The notes: generated from the letters alone by a model not told the origin. A DNA stretch of 64,000 nucleotides from Candidatus Poseidoniales archaeon (GCA_012959435.1 DUDF01000074.1:37234-101233); one strand, 5' to 3'. Shown: positions 24,001-29,576, counted from the first letter of the stretch. Translations and numbers: made by a program.

Positions 24001-26004
24001 GACGTAAGCATCAATGGCGGAACCACTCTAGAAATTGACCTCAACGAGGCAAATGAAGACGGTGGTACCTGTAACATTGTATTGGACCTTTCAGACGGTG
24101 CATCAGTAAATGATGCAGCGACAACAATAAGTGTACCATTCACTGTTCAGCCAACCAACGATAATACTCGTATTATCCCATGGGATGTAAACAACGGTTC
24201 AGTCATTAGCACTAAGTATCTAGATACTAATGGTGACAAGGTAGATGGTAACATCAGACAAACTAGTCAAGCAGCTAACAACGATGGCGATGCTTGGTGG
24301 TGGTCTGTGGATGAGGACACAGAGGACTCTGACCTACTAACCATTGATTTGACAGATATGATGAGTGACAACGATAACACCAACGAACAACTATACTGGA
24401 CTATCGATGACTCTCAGTACTACACTGACAAGTGTTCATACGAGAATTACTTCTCAGTAACAATTGACAACACTGAACATACAATGGAAATCGATTTGAT
24501 TCCTGATGCAACCACAGATGCAACAAGCAGCGAGTGGGATATGCTACAGGATGCAGACGGTGATGGTATACCAGATGATGGTATCCACCAGAAGGCACCA
24601 AGATCTGGTGACTACTGTCTGATGAATCTAATTCTGTGGGACCCTGTCTCACAGAGTGAAGTACCACAGTATGATTACGTACAGTCAGAGGCTTGTGAAG
24701 CACTTGACCTAGATGGCGATGCAGCAACCAACTGTTATGCACAGACTCACAGTAACCACGAGTTAAGCATCAATGTCCACAACCTAGTGGAATTGCGACC
24801 GGACTACAACTTCAACGAAGTACGTGTAGCTCCTGATGCGTTTGACTTCAAGGGAATTAACGGTGTTCTGCGCGAAACTATGGTACCAGTGTCTGTTGAA
24901 CTAAAGCACACAGATGGTGACGAGCCAATCAACACAGATGGTACATACAAGTATCTTTACGACCTTCAAGTGTCATTCTATATCGTTGACACTGATTGTG
25001 CAGGCTGTGATGGTACATACCAGAGCAGTGTAAGACTTGGAAGCAATGGTCCAGGAAACGGTGCACTAGCACTACCTGACTACGGTGGAACAGTTGAGGT
25101 TGGCAATTACGTCCGAATGAACAAGACATCTGAGGATGTTCGTGTGTTCGTAGACATAATGACAGTGAATCCATTCACTGGTCAATACACTGACAACTCG
25201 AAGTACGAGAGACCAGCTCTAGAAGAGAAGAACTGGGCAGACAACAACATGACTGCTTCAGGAACTAACAGCGAGTTACCACTAATTGTGGAGACCAAGG
25301 CAGCACAGAGTGTTGCTTCGTTCGCTCCAACATTGATGGCAGTCGGCCTAGTCGGCGTATTCGTTGGTGCTCTACTCAGCCGCTCTCGAGCGGAAGAGGA
25401 CGAGGAAGAGTTCGAGGAGGAATCATTGATTGACGATGACCGTGCAGTTAGCCCGGTTATCGCAACCATCCTTCTTGTGGCAATCACAGTCGTCTTGGCT
25501 GGTGTAATCTACGTGTGGGCAGGCTCACTCGCAGATACCAGTACCAAGGGAGTACCACGGTTGACCTTCTCTGCAGAAGCAATTACTGTACAAGAGATCA
25601 GTGGACTACAACAGGACCAATGGCACTGGAGAGTTACCACAACATATGCAGCGACAGATCTAGCCACTCAGGCAGTGACAGTCTCGGTATTGTGGACCAA
25701 TGCTAGCGGACAGCAAGTGTACAAGACTGCACTAGCACCTGGTGGTGGCGATGAAGAGAATGTATACGGATTCGCACCTCGTAACAGCGAGAATATGGTG
25801 ACCTTCTGGGATGACATATCTCATTGTGAGCGCGGTGGTGCACCTTGTATCACAACCTTCGGACCTGGTGACAGAATCTTCATCAGAATGACTGACAATG
25901 ACGGTCTCATCGACTCGGCATTGATTGACATTCAGTACGAATTGCCTGGTGGCGCTGCGTACATGTTGAAGCAGTACACTGCATCACCAACCAGCATACG
26001 CTGA
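12091..26004 (+). CDS. Giant mosaic cell-surface protein / putative adhesin, 4,637 aa
   Basis: One uninterrupted 13.9-kb ORF. Signal peptide is 'KVTFGGSWLLLTLLMIGMSWSAAV'. It carries multiple parallel beta-helix-like repeat blocks, a cupredoxin domain, cadherin-like 'VENVNDAPVI' modules, a 'DADGDGIPDD' Ca-binding-like motif and Tyr-rich tracts. The C-terminus is a TM anchor followed by a pilin-like module. Confidence 0.85.
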   Translation: MVTKKNKVTFGGSWLLLTLLMIGMSWSAAVSPVTENLQTSENDGAESIDDLLTLPGDVINPADNDEFGYDAGAELIGSRTETAKTFLKGDGDFEVIVSPVPVHYLDDGAWEEIDLSIESNEEGWSVTQNTFETYFGNDARQGVQMVVNGVSIRYGIMPQIVVLDGNTLSPEPYMAKPSSEPIDVGGNVIRYPMLSGISLDYKVTPTQLKQNLVIREAPNLLDHQKESGYFGIAETMILPAGYAIFLGESPIADGELVKTNQSLSIRNLDTGEELVAIPQPLVESVEPSEEGPHIGEYVIRVQGDQVTLTTVVENTWLMDSDNRSFPIAIDPTMDKGAQRAGYAYYYRITRWGWYTSTYEYAYSTSSLGYTCRGSGSGANSCTSGSYTWYYRYTWYRFDFNSALPTGATVNSVDFKSSVGRYQSGARNFEVAVLKSGSSQSSNMIDPSSYLYSSGRYLNRYIRNSAASSSSTSLSDPGYYWNGGNVRSIGLNTNGVDDVQDAVDGNGAGGTGNILGLGLRNTANAPFWYWCMTSYYSYYGCTSAAKYPHLHLDYSGGSDTEPPEDTFVPYTGLITHRAEQRTFWLSLKDTTGVDTTTNGGPSLSYSVDNGTWTNVHATALGTCLAGYWCNFRAVIPAVQDGEYVEYFWAFQDLKGTLAGTTGSPNFKTLPVGGTGSPSSVTAPSSPYNYFVQPDDQADATNSDGTPNNKWQLKIDQLTNFRYYSVYRYFDEQITYYEDTQEYIWEYDTSNCGTGNYQCFNTGASYEMRYSPTVSSYSYSNCAQSATCVVTKPTGLSMTGQNGPGMSTIWWYNAAEGAFTVVGLDDETGIDQPVSSSPVGTQGGGRNCDDCYSAVPIPGDITMKFGSLSVNASYTSSRNTRNHFCVNSNNHPLYFLSSGSSNPYCLYSYSTYRYDRQFNGWMAPGFDGRWSANTDIFQKVSSVRPVPDIFPPEFDHTGLMDTHSVDDRTVTVGMKDAGDPPSGMNTSSGTDANGVLEGPHLLYRVYNASSSSWGNWITRAMAQEAGKTRAQCEQMDCDWSTSIPGTDRDNSVEYSIHAKDILGNWNNSTATSYLIGTPTQVFTVEWHDMNCGFGQQYKCSYQIKMYDVTNEIEYHYDTGSSAYYDYETIGYQKGGSSLIGATLRERGPGYIAGANPYANNFRIATDGNNHANEKMAPGMTELYNYDEVFTGNSNGNPYTYYCTRYWYNYRNQCAEVIDVPAGFDIDYFGTTYSGNSSDKLHVIRHGAAAFSTSTSTTPMQMAYYGWGSNWPTMPNSGSYARNAMLTPWFGYYGAYYCYNGGSNECSIRTKTIPFDGAGMDVYADITQDTIWDIEMSPIRVVPSGDYLRVTANLVIDAGVEVQFAPGKGLDMAGTCSRLTTQGNATHPVSVSNLGNGNGKGFAFTSGCADTDDRHMFNNTDFSNLDVAISAGSRHGNAPHHNGNVGNFTFDTVTFTDVGTAIKHGSGTGTGFDLSGVSITNATNSCIDLPDDAVLSWLEGSATNCNMGSSSTEGAIKTGDGSDIYLENLTINDAAHNGVFGEAMSIHASNVSMSTSGLSSTEVGGTALGQTSLATTGSSFFANNIDAAGYANAIVSYATDSMSMTDISGGSISLAPGGTAGTMLGDSGWSASGITSTGNMVMSRTTPGSMDNVDLDGYLRMDGTASTGDMVSLTGLVADGITIAGCGWNVRADEADLGDATNGVWATASCTSSSASSTLTVAGGSMDGSSSNANIIYARNAKVTVADVAITGQTSSGAYVAQASTNGDVRLIGVSWRGLDCADAAGWTGMSDCWVDVSSSSGALYVGGTANVAAYRVMNFVPVFVADHSVTTTTVSTSGTCPGAACVVTDVTSVGTSNTDSSGNAIVWLLQDKLEKVSGSTSVTDSYTDHRIAIAGGAGQNETGPADVWYSPTCLINSMDCSMPLSPGDQVYIKLEAFPQDWNGATKNCAFLNSNTSVSNGYYLYTMQIITLSTDLVLDGCKLHLNGTKIMINRTANNNPTITIQNGGELLLSEGGGEVGNMKAVTSAYGWEMEIQKGGTFVVDNGYIRGMHQNSNTGGAMNVGEGTLELKNGAIVYGSQTTSATMATIKVDGGTLLVNDASVYNAQQTGVGVWIENSGTSAIQNIGVTGAATGVMIKDAAPAIDGFTLNDNTVGVEIDGGMTLPSIYRSTLLSGHARGWETYEIDLTGLASNYNYIQFGFNNVYMGGNVHPMYNYYTSRYFAMHDRMRIGLNDGIDDDGDGFGDQIENFTTDAAGKAMTGYYDSGFTSNVGDRNNPNHPSRNDGWATYDCNYYGYQYSPGGSYQYGYYYYMNNYGPYTNSGNYYGANSYPSDFGYTIEKAEGLTGSQNYYPYEYWGYYYTPYHGGYGDFMPPEGYNGLWGNYNVCLSYAYRYQTPTPNGWQMAWPIVDVSSASVTEAAAYIDILHNYADYYGDRYDFVFRGGSTVNDLMDANWGREFGTATLANGVIDGSDTGIHLAGNYAAGSLSTVTVNDPVNEGVLVDGSSSVELDGLTVNNGRYGVRTTAAAIGSLELTNAALDNQSQDGIVLASGLKMDLSGSITNAAGAAINVLPSSTKEWGFNSLTLTDNNIALNNDGSGEVTCTDCTTGTNTNDVVTSGLVTWVEGDIDLATVVATGSGLLQRARLLDVTITADGSGVSGTGVSMIDANSRRVGSGETDGAGTVNDMLFHTNYVDSSGWTVVNLAGYEIMSVAKVAYSTTVADFRYAKTGITLVDGPGNSDTVALVDRFDAHVCYSWTSTSYNVLASCAGANYIGTGSSRTKLNGDGAGGTITEYGYFAAIPTDMTNKAILIDSPYLYTPTSGASFNGSTVIVAGFYNNEWSDLYVQNYAGDIYLDDTTWAAISPKETAFFNLGYYGGYSYGNFFVNDSTLINVGAVGSGAGYYNRNPEMHVTNSVLVSYSQLDDVQSVYPEEICIQSAGTDYGDWEVHNNTMYDCTVGIMIYSNYYATSPAYGGSGTDGAHWADNTMYDSTYLPIWIYLQSDADDLLIENNTVTGSKRVQYGIYAQDNRLNSVEIRGNTLLTADEPIYMRNAKNWDINNNTIKGDANSAHSGIYVRNGEGSIADNTLIDADGGINVYGIRSGYDVDISRNTVGASGGRVSPTATGIYVENCGLAEVTMSGNHVSTTSNALLSDGCDVSDVGSTFASAGGSASQIHSVDIEASQFSPTIKNISTGDTVRWILTQYNSDPNNYQHSTTSNTSGLWDSTPLNLGSTFAHTFTTAGTYEYHCSVHSFMSGVVNVANSTGSSNLQTYGIDILDGSEDISLDGTTIGGFSLAYRQDGGSLNVEGGSVVTGDNGFDLTNVDITVDGLSVSADSGFGIGMDVSSDTGRHTLDVANMDTSGGIGMLVDGHDDFRWNGGDSTATTTLKTLSGASGTIENMTVTTDGPWRSNHGGSMTQINAGAYSTITSVGNTLNESMLTIGTSAVIHEGNLLDLTVTHMGGAASNVGLMIKSTDLGRSEYVSPSWRSNIISVGEGANGAAAVTDWFVSHPLGAYNIADDAMPGPVAVNPDPTSQAMGYMTWDNSNLYIALTGVTFLVTDGMWYLDTQQGGSNVGDNWYVSHNLPFEADYMLWAEDLNNWGIRKVMPGGNWVDVTAACNGMQAAPGFGYPGVTPTWSGISEFAIPWDCIGSPTGRIKTLAIIQNENSGHVLGVYPPQLWNQTSGAAQTFGDFGTLQLTGSDLADGTLDDYLLIHRTFTATGATTPRAYDVTVKVRDADNIYWDWGTHSSLAMDQNQDITIDILRAKPAIADLVDVSYDEDSGAHTVTLTDKAADYQQPSSTLSWTVTNDATNPSNATSPYAYDLTGQTMTITPDANEFGNQRLFLVVTDGHGLYSTQSMLVGVENVNDAPVINNPRHSAGLPVFTEGIDVNGNAVYNSYDEPQRTHPVTGEEREWDLLTKFLGGASGEGFVQDLGLGDGLANEQDRNADNNTEQAPQTYTWTAVTDPVDCTPFDVSINGGTTLEIDLNEANEDGGTCNIVLDLSDGASVNDAATTISVPFTVQPTNDNTRIIPWDVNNGSVISTKYLDTNGDKVDGNIRQTSQAANNDGDAWWWSVDEDTEDSDLLTIDLTDMMSDNDNTNEQLYWTIDDSQYYTDKCSYENYFSVTIDNTEHTMEIDLIPDATTDATSSEWDMLQDADGDGIPDDGIHQKAPRSGDYCLMNLILWDPVSQSEVPQYDYVQSEACEALDLDGDAATNCYAQTHSNHELSINVHNLVELRPDYNFNEVRVAPDAFDFKGINGVLRETMVPVSVELKHTDGDEPINTDGTYKYLYDLQVSFYIVDTDCAGCDGTYQSSVRLGSNGPGNGALALPDYGGTVEVGNYVRMNKTSEDVRVFVDIMTVNPFTGQYTDNSKYERPALEEKNWADNNMTASGTNSELPLIVETKAAQSVASFAPTLMAVGLVGVFVGALLSRSRAEEDEEEFEEESLIDDDRAVSPVIATILLVAITVVLAGVIYVWAGSLADTSTKGVPRLTFSAEAITVQEISGLQQDQWHWRVTTTYAATDLATQAVTVSVLWTNASGQQVYKTALAPGGGDEENVYGFAPRNSENMVTFWDDISHCERGGAPCITTFGPGDRIFIRMTDNDGLIDSALIDIQYELPGGAAYMLKQYTASPTSIR
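20911..21566 (+). other. Domain within giant CDS: right-handed parallel beta-helix (PbH1 / NosD-like) repeats
   Basis: Periodic ~22-aa repeats: 'HNNTMYDCTVGIMIYSN', 'ADNTMYDSTYLPIWIYL', 'IENNTVTGSKRVQYGIYAQ', 'IRGNTLLTADEPIYMRN', 'INNNTIKGDANSAHSGIYVRN', 'IADNTLIDADGGINVYG', 'ISRNTVG...GIYVEN', 'MSGNHVS'. Confidence 0.6.
21595..21870 (+). other. Domain within giant CDS: amicyanin/plastocyanin-like cupredoxin with a complete type-1 copper ligand set
   Basis: 'SVDIEASQFSPTIKNISTGDTVRW...YQHSTT...FTTAGTYEYHCSVHSFMSGVVNV'. Candidate ligands are His3210 (21718), Cys3245 (21823), His3248 (21832) and Met3251 (21841). The C-x2-H-x2-M spacing matches amicyanin 'YDYHCTPHPFMRGKVVV'. Confidence 0.75.
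25315..25380 (+). other. Predicted transmembrane anchor of the giant protein (aa ~4409-4430)
   Basis: The hydrophobic stretch 'SFAPTLMAVGLVGVFVGALLS' is followed by 'RSRAEEDEEEFEEESLIDDD' (25381-25440). Confidence 0.6.
25426..26004 (+). other. Archaeal type-IV-pilin-like (Pilin_N/DUF1628-type) module encoded in frame at the 3' end of the giant CDS; possible nested or independent CDS from TTG 25426
   Basis: '(L/M)IDDDRA-VSPVIATILLVAITVVLAGVIYVWAGSL' matches a class III signal peptide plus hydrophobic pilin helix, followed by a ~185-aa domain. GGAGG at 25416-25420 lies 5 nt upstream of the in-frame TTG. Confidence 0.7.
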
Positions 26005-26018
26005 ACTGTGTAATACGA

Positions 26019-26065
26019 AGCGCCTTCGGGCGCTGAATGCAGGGATGCTTGGGGGCTTCGGCCCC
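26019..26065 (+). terminator. Two short GC hairpins, each closed by a C(UUCG)G tetraloop, just after the giant gene stop
   Basis: agcgcc-ttcg-ggcgct (26019-26034) and ggggc-ttcg-gcccc (26052-26065). Confidence 0.45.
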
Positions 26066-26119
26066 TGAGCACCCGACCTTCCGTGATAGAGCGTGAGCTC
26101 TGTATCGGTAGGATGATTT

Positions 26120-26175
26120 GGCCCCGCCTCCGTTCGGCATCTGCTGAGCGGTGGTGGGGCCTTTTCTCTTTTTTA
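26120..26175 (+). terminator. Long-range GC stem followed by a T-rich tract
   Basis: ggccccgcc...ggtggggcc (9 bp with one G-U), followed directly by ttttctctttttt. Confidence 0.5.
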
Positions 26176-26310
26176 GCAATTAATCTCAATATTTAGCAGG
26201 GAAATACAACTTTACTGAATGGGAAAACAAATCATAGAAATATGTTGTTTAACAGTTTAATCATTCCATTCATAAGAGACTATTAGCACCGCAAACATGA
26301 GTTGTGAGCA

Positions 26311-26991
26311 TTGGGGTTACGAGCAGTTGTTTTTGATTGCGATGGGGTACTCATAGACACCATATCTTCGTGGCGTATTATTCACGAACATTTTGGTACA
26401 AATAGTGGGCCAATGCTAGATCAGTTCCTAAAAGGAGGGATATCTGATGAAGAGTTTATGGCCGATGATATCCAACATTGGAAGAGCGTTAATCCAATAA
26501 TCCATCGTGATGAATTAATGCGTTGTTACCAAGGCGTGACTCTAAATCCTGGTGCAAGGGATTTAGTGGATGCTCTCAAAGAGAGAGGTGTGTCAGTATC
26601 CATCGTCAGTGCAGGTGTTGATTTGTTAATTGGTTCAATTGCTCAAATGCTGAATGTTGATGATTGGGTGTCTAATGGCTTCCAGTATGATGAAGAAGGA
26701 TACCTTCAAGATGAGGGTGTTGTGAGAGTCCCTGCACATTACAAAGGTGACATGGTTGAGAAGTTTTGCCGTATCAATGACTTTGAGCCAGAGGAGATAT
26801 GTTCAGTTGGTGACAATCATACCGACCTTTCGATGATGATTCCGGGAAGCAGATTCATTGGATTTAATCCAAGTAAAGAAATGGCCTTTGAGGGATTCCG
26901 AGAGGCTGGAGTTCCTATTGTTGAAGGTAATGATTGCCGAAACCTTTGGCCACACCTATTCCCCGGTGAATCTTTCCTATCAGAACTCTAG
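26311..26991 (+). CDS. HAD-superfamily hydrolase (phosphoserine phosphatase-like subfamily)
   Basis: HAD motif I 'VVFDCDGVLID', motif II 'SIVSAG', motif IV 'VGDNHTDLSM'. TTG start. Confidence 0.7.
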   Translation: MGLRAVVFDCDGVLIDTISSWRIIHEHFGTNSGPMLDQFLKGGISDEEFMADDIQHWKSVNPIIHRDELMRCYQGVTLNPGARDLVDALKERGVSVSIVSAGVDLLIGSIAQMLNVDDWVSNGFQYDEEGYLQDEGVVRVPAHYKGDMVEKFCRINDFEPEEICSVGDNHTDLSMMIPGSRFIGFNPSKEMAFEGFREAGVPIVEGNDCRNLWPHLFPGESFLSEL

Positions 26992-26996
26992 GTGTC

Positions 26997-28688
26997 TCAT
27001 GCAAATGGTATTGAAGCGGTTTTGTGCGTGTTCAAATTGACAACTGTTAGGATACACGGTTTAGGCTGGAATCCAAGCATGCGCATGTATCCTGTCTGGT
27101 CCTGCCATGTGCTACTTTGAATCAGAGTGCTTCCTTTGTAATCCCCACAGTGATGCCCATGTACGTGTCCTGTGACAAAGATGTCTGGGATCTCCTCAAT
27201 CACCATGTGGTCCTCAGGTTCTGGCGACAGTGGGGTTTTGCCGCCCCAAGATGGCGCTAAATGGCGCCTCTCTAGCATTTCTGCCATAGCAACTTCTGGC
27301 TTACTGAATGTCACGTGCTTTATTGATGATACAAAGTCCATGATACTCACGCCGTGGTAGGCAAGAGTTCGAACCCCGTGCAGGCTGAAATCACAGGGGT
27401 TACCAACAAATGTGGCGCTGTTGAAATATTGCTGAATCATTGGGTCAAGAGATGGTTGTGGCTCGGCAGGGCGTACCGCATCGTGGTTCCCAGGGAGAAT
27501 GATGGTCTCAATCCAGTCAGGTAACAATTCAGTGAGGCGAGCCATTTCTCCGTACTGCTGGTATAGGTCAACAATCTCTAATTCTTTGTCTTGGTCTTTG
27601 TAAATCCCTACACCATCAACAACATCACCTGAGAGGACGAGATACTTGATGGTCTTCGCAAGCGGGTCACTATGGAACCATTTCACTAATTTTTCCCATT
27701 GGGAATGAAGGAATGTTTTGGAGCCAACATGGATATCCGAAACGAATGCAACTGATACAGCTTGGTTCTCTTCAGCACGACGTTTCGTGTGTGTTGTCAT
27801 CGGTGCAAGATGTATGTCTTCGACTAATAGCATGTCTCTGCTACCCGGATTGATGAAGCCGGTTACTCCTACAACATCGTCCTCCATTAATCCGGCAACT
27901 GCAATGGTGTTTCGCCGCTTTGCTGCGGGCGAATCATCCATGGCTCGCGGTGGACGTAGTACACAGAATATTTCGCCGCTAATATCTTCAACCTTGAAAT
28001 GGAGATTTTCACCTTTGTGCCTAACATCATTGACTAGTCCAACGATTGTAGCAGTATTGTTGCTGCTCGAATAGCGAGATTTATCGCGGGCGAGTTGACT
28101 GGTTTCAATCGGCCTATTTGGCAATCTACCCGAAGTTACTAGCATCCGTTTTATTTTTTCTAGACGACTATTGAAACAGGAAATAATATCAGTTAATTTT
28201 CCTTCAGTTGTACTTTTTCCCGTGATATCAAAGTGCACATCCACCTCCACATCAACATCTGTTGCTAGCATCGGAAATCCATCTAGAGCGAAATGTGGAA
28301 GTCCATGTGGTCGTTCTGCTGCTTTTGGTTCTGGCGGACTAATTGGGGCAAGGACACGCCCCGGTGAAGACTTGTTGTCCAAGTCTTGTTTTGATGCATC
28401 TAGAACAGGGACCATCTCGTTGAAATCTTGAGGTTCAGGAATTATAATCGAATCATCATCTTTTGTCGACTTACTTGTTCCAGAGCGAGCCAATTCTTCA
28501 AGATTTGATAAAATTTCATCAGTCAATAATCCAGAAATCCCATCATTAACTGCAATTGAAATTAACTGATCTAGATCATCAATCGCTAACAATCTCTCAC
28601 TAATATTAGCAGCTGGAAACAATTTTGCTGCGAGTAATTTCAGCGAGATTATACGCCAGCCCCCGTCCGCCATATCTTCAAGGCGCAC
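26997..28688 (-). CDS. polB: DNA polymerase II (PolD) small subunit DP1
   Basis: Calcineurin-like phosphoesterase motifs 'VAFVSDIHVGS', 'LVLSGDVVDGVG', 'ILPGNHD' and 'FVTGHVHGH', preceded by an OB-fold-like region. This is an archaea-specific replicase subunit. Confidence 0.85.
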   Translation of the reverse strand: MRLEDMADGGWRIISLKLLAAKLFPAANISERLLAIDDLDQLISIAVNDGISGLLTDEILSNLEELARSGTSKSTKDDDSIIIPEPQDFNEMVPVLDASKQDLDNKSSPGRVLAPISPPEPKAAERPHGLPHFALDGFPMLATDVDVEVDVHFDITGKSTTEGKLTDIISCFNSRLEKIKRMLVTSGRLPNRPIETSQLARDKSRYSSSNNTATIVGLVNDVRHKGENLHFKVEDISGEIFCVLRPPRAMDDSPAAKRRNTIAVAGLMEDDVVGVTGFINPGSRDMLLVEDIHLAPMTTHTKRRAEENQAVSVAFVSDIHVGSKTFLHSQWEKLVKWFHSDPLAKTIKYLVLSGDVVDGVGIYKDQDKELEIVDLYQQYGEMARLTELLPDWIETIILPGNHDAVRPAEPQPSLDPMIQQYFNSATFVGNPCDFSLHGVRTLAYHGVSIMDFVSSIKHVTFSKPEVAMAEMLERRHLAPSWGGKTPLSPEPEDHMVIEEIPDIFVTGHVHGHHCGDYKGSTLIQSSTWQDQTGYMRMLGFQPKPCILTVVNLNTHKTASIPFA

Positions 28689-28754
28689 GAGGATGTTCTA
28701 AGCAATTGCGCTTGTAAATTACAATACATATTGAATGAGTTAGAATTAGAATCC

Positions 28755-29471
28755 TTACTCTTCATCCCAAGCGATGTCAGTGTCAGGTATTGCTGGGTCT
28801 TCACCAGATTCAGTTTTAGGTTCCTCATCACCTTCCGACCAAGCTACATCTCCATGCCAGTCACCGGTTTGTGGGCCTTCTGATAGTATGTTTAGGGCCG
28901 CAGGAATACTCGTGGGGGTTACGGGTTTTTCTTCATCTGTAGATTCACTCTCTGCTTTCTCTTGGTCGTGATGTTCCCCCCATACTTCCAAAGCAACCCT
29001 AAGAGCAAAAGTAGTGAAAGCCTCTTTGTTACTGTGACGGTCACCTTGTCCAAATTCTGCACACTTCGTTGTAACTTTTCCATCCAGATATATTCCGACC
29101 CAAACCAGTCCCACTTCTTTAGATTCAGTTGAACCAGTTGGTCCTGCGATTCCGGTCACAGATATCGTCAAATCAGCACCTGATTTCTTAGCAGCCCCGA
29201 TTGCCATTGCCTCGGCTACTTCTGGGCTGACAGCGCCAGCCGCTCCTTCATCGGGAACGAAAATACTTTCATCAACACCAAGTTGTTTGATTTTTGATTC
29301 ATTTGAATAAGTGACCCAACCTTGGCTAAACCAACGGCTAGCACCTTGGATGTCGGTAAGAGCAGAAGCAATCATGCCTCCTGTGCAGGATTCTGCTGTA
29401 GCGATGTGCATATCTGCCCGTTTAATTCGGCGGGCTAGTAATCCCGCCAGCACTGAGGCGTCCTGTGCCAT
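28755..29471 (-). CDS. CinA C-terminal domain / PncC-type nicotinamide-nucleotide amidase, with an acidic C-terminal tail
   Basis: 'ATAESCTGGMIASALTDIQGASRWFSQGWVTYSNESKIKQLGV'. I prefer the ATG at 29471 (MAQDAS...) over the ORF-track start at 29543. Confidence 0.75.
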   Translation of the reverse strand: MAQDASVLAGLLARRIKRADMHIATAESCTGGMIASALTDIQGASRWFSQGWVTYSNESKIKQLGVDESIFVPDEGAAGAVSPEVAEAMAIGAAKKSGADLTISVTGIAGPTGSTESKEVGLVWVGIYLDGKVTTKCAEFGQGDRHSNKEAFTTFALRVALEVWGEHHDQEKAESESTDEEKPVTPTSIPAALNILSEGPQTGDWHGDVAWSEGDEEPKTESGEDPAIPDTDIAWDEE

Positions 29472-29553
29472 ATTGTAGGCGCCGAAGCGGGGCCTTTTGA
29501 CTATATGGGCGGACAAAAATGATAGATTCATCAAACAATGCATTTTATTGCAT

Positions 29554-29576
29554 TTTTAGCAGATTTTAGCAGATTT
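29554..29576. repeat. Tandem 10-mer TTTTAGCAGA x2.3 in the intergenic region
   Basis: Read directly: ttttagcaga ttttagcaga ttt. It lies between cinA and tRNA-Val. Confidence 0.8.

Noticed and set aside
25435-25437. ATG just upstream of the pilin-like module ('gacgATGacc') as an alternative pilin start.
   Set aside because: It is out of frame with the pilin-like sequence and hits a stop after ~25 codons. The in-frame TTG at 25426 is the only plausible internal start.
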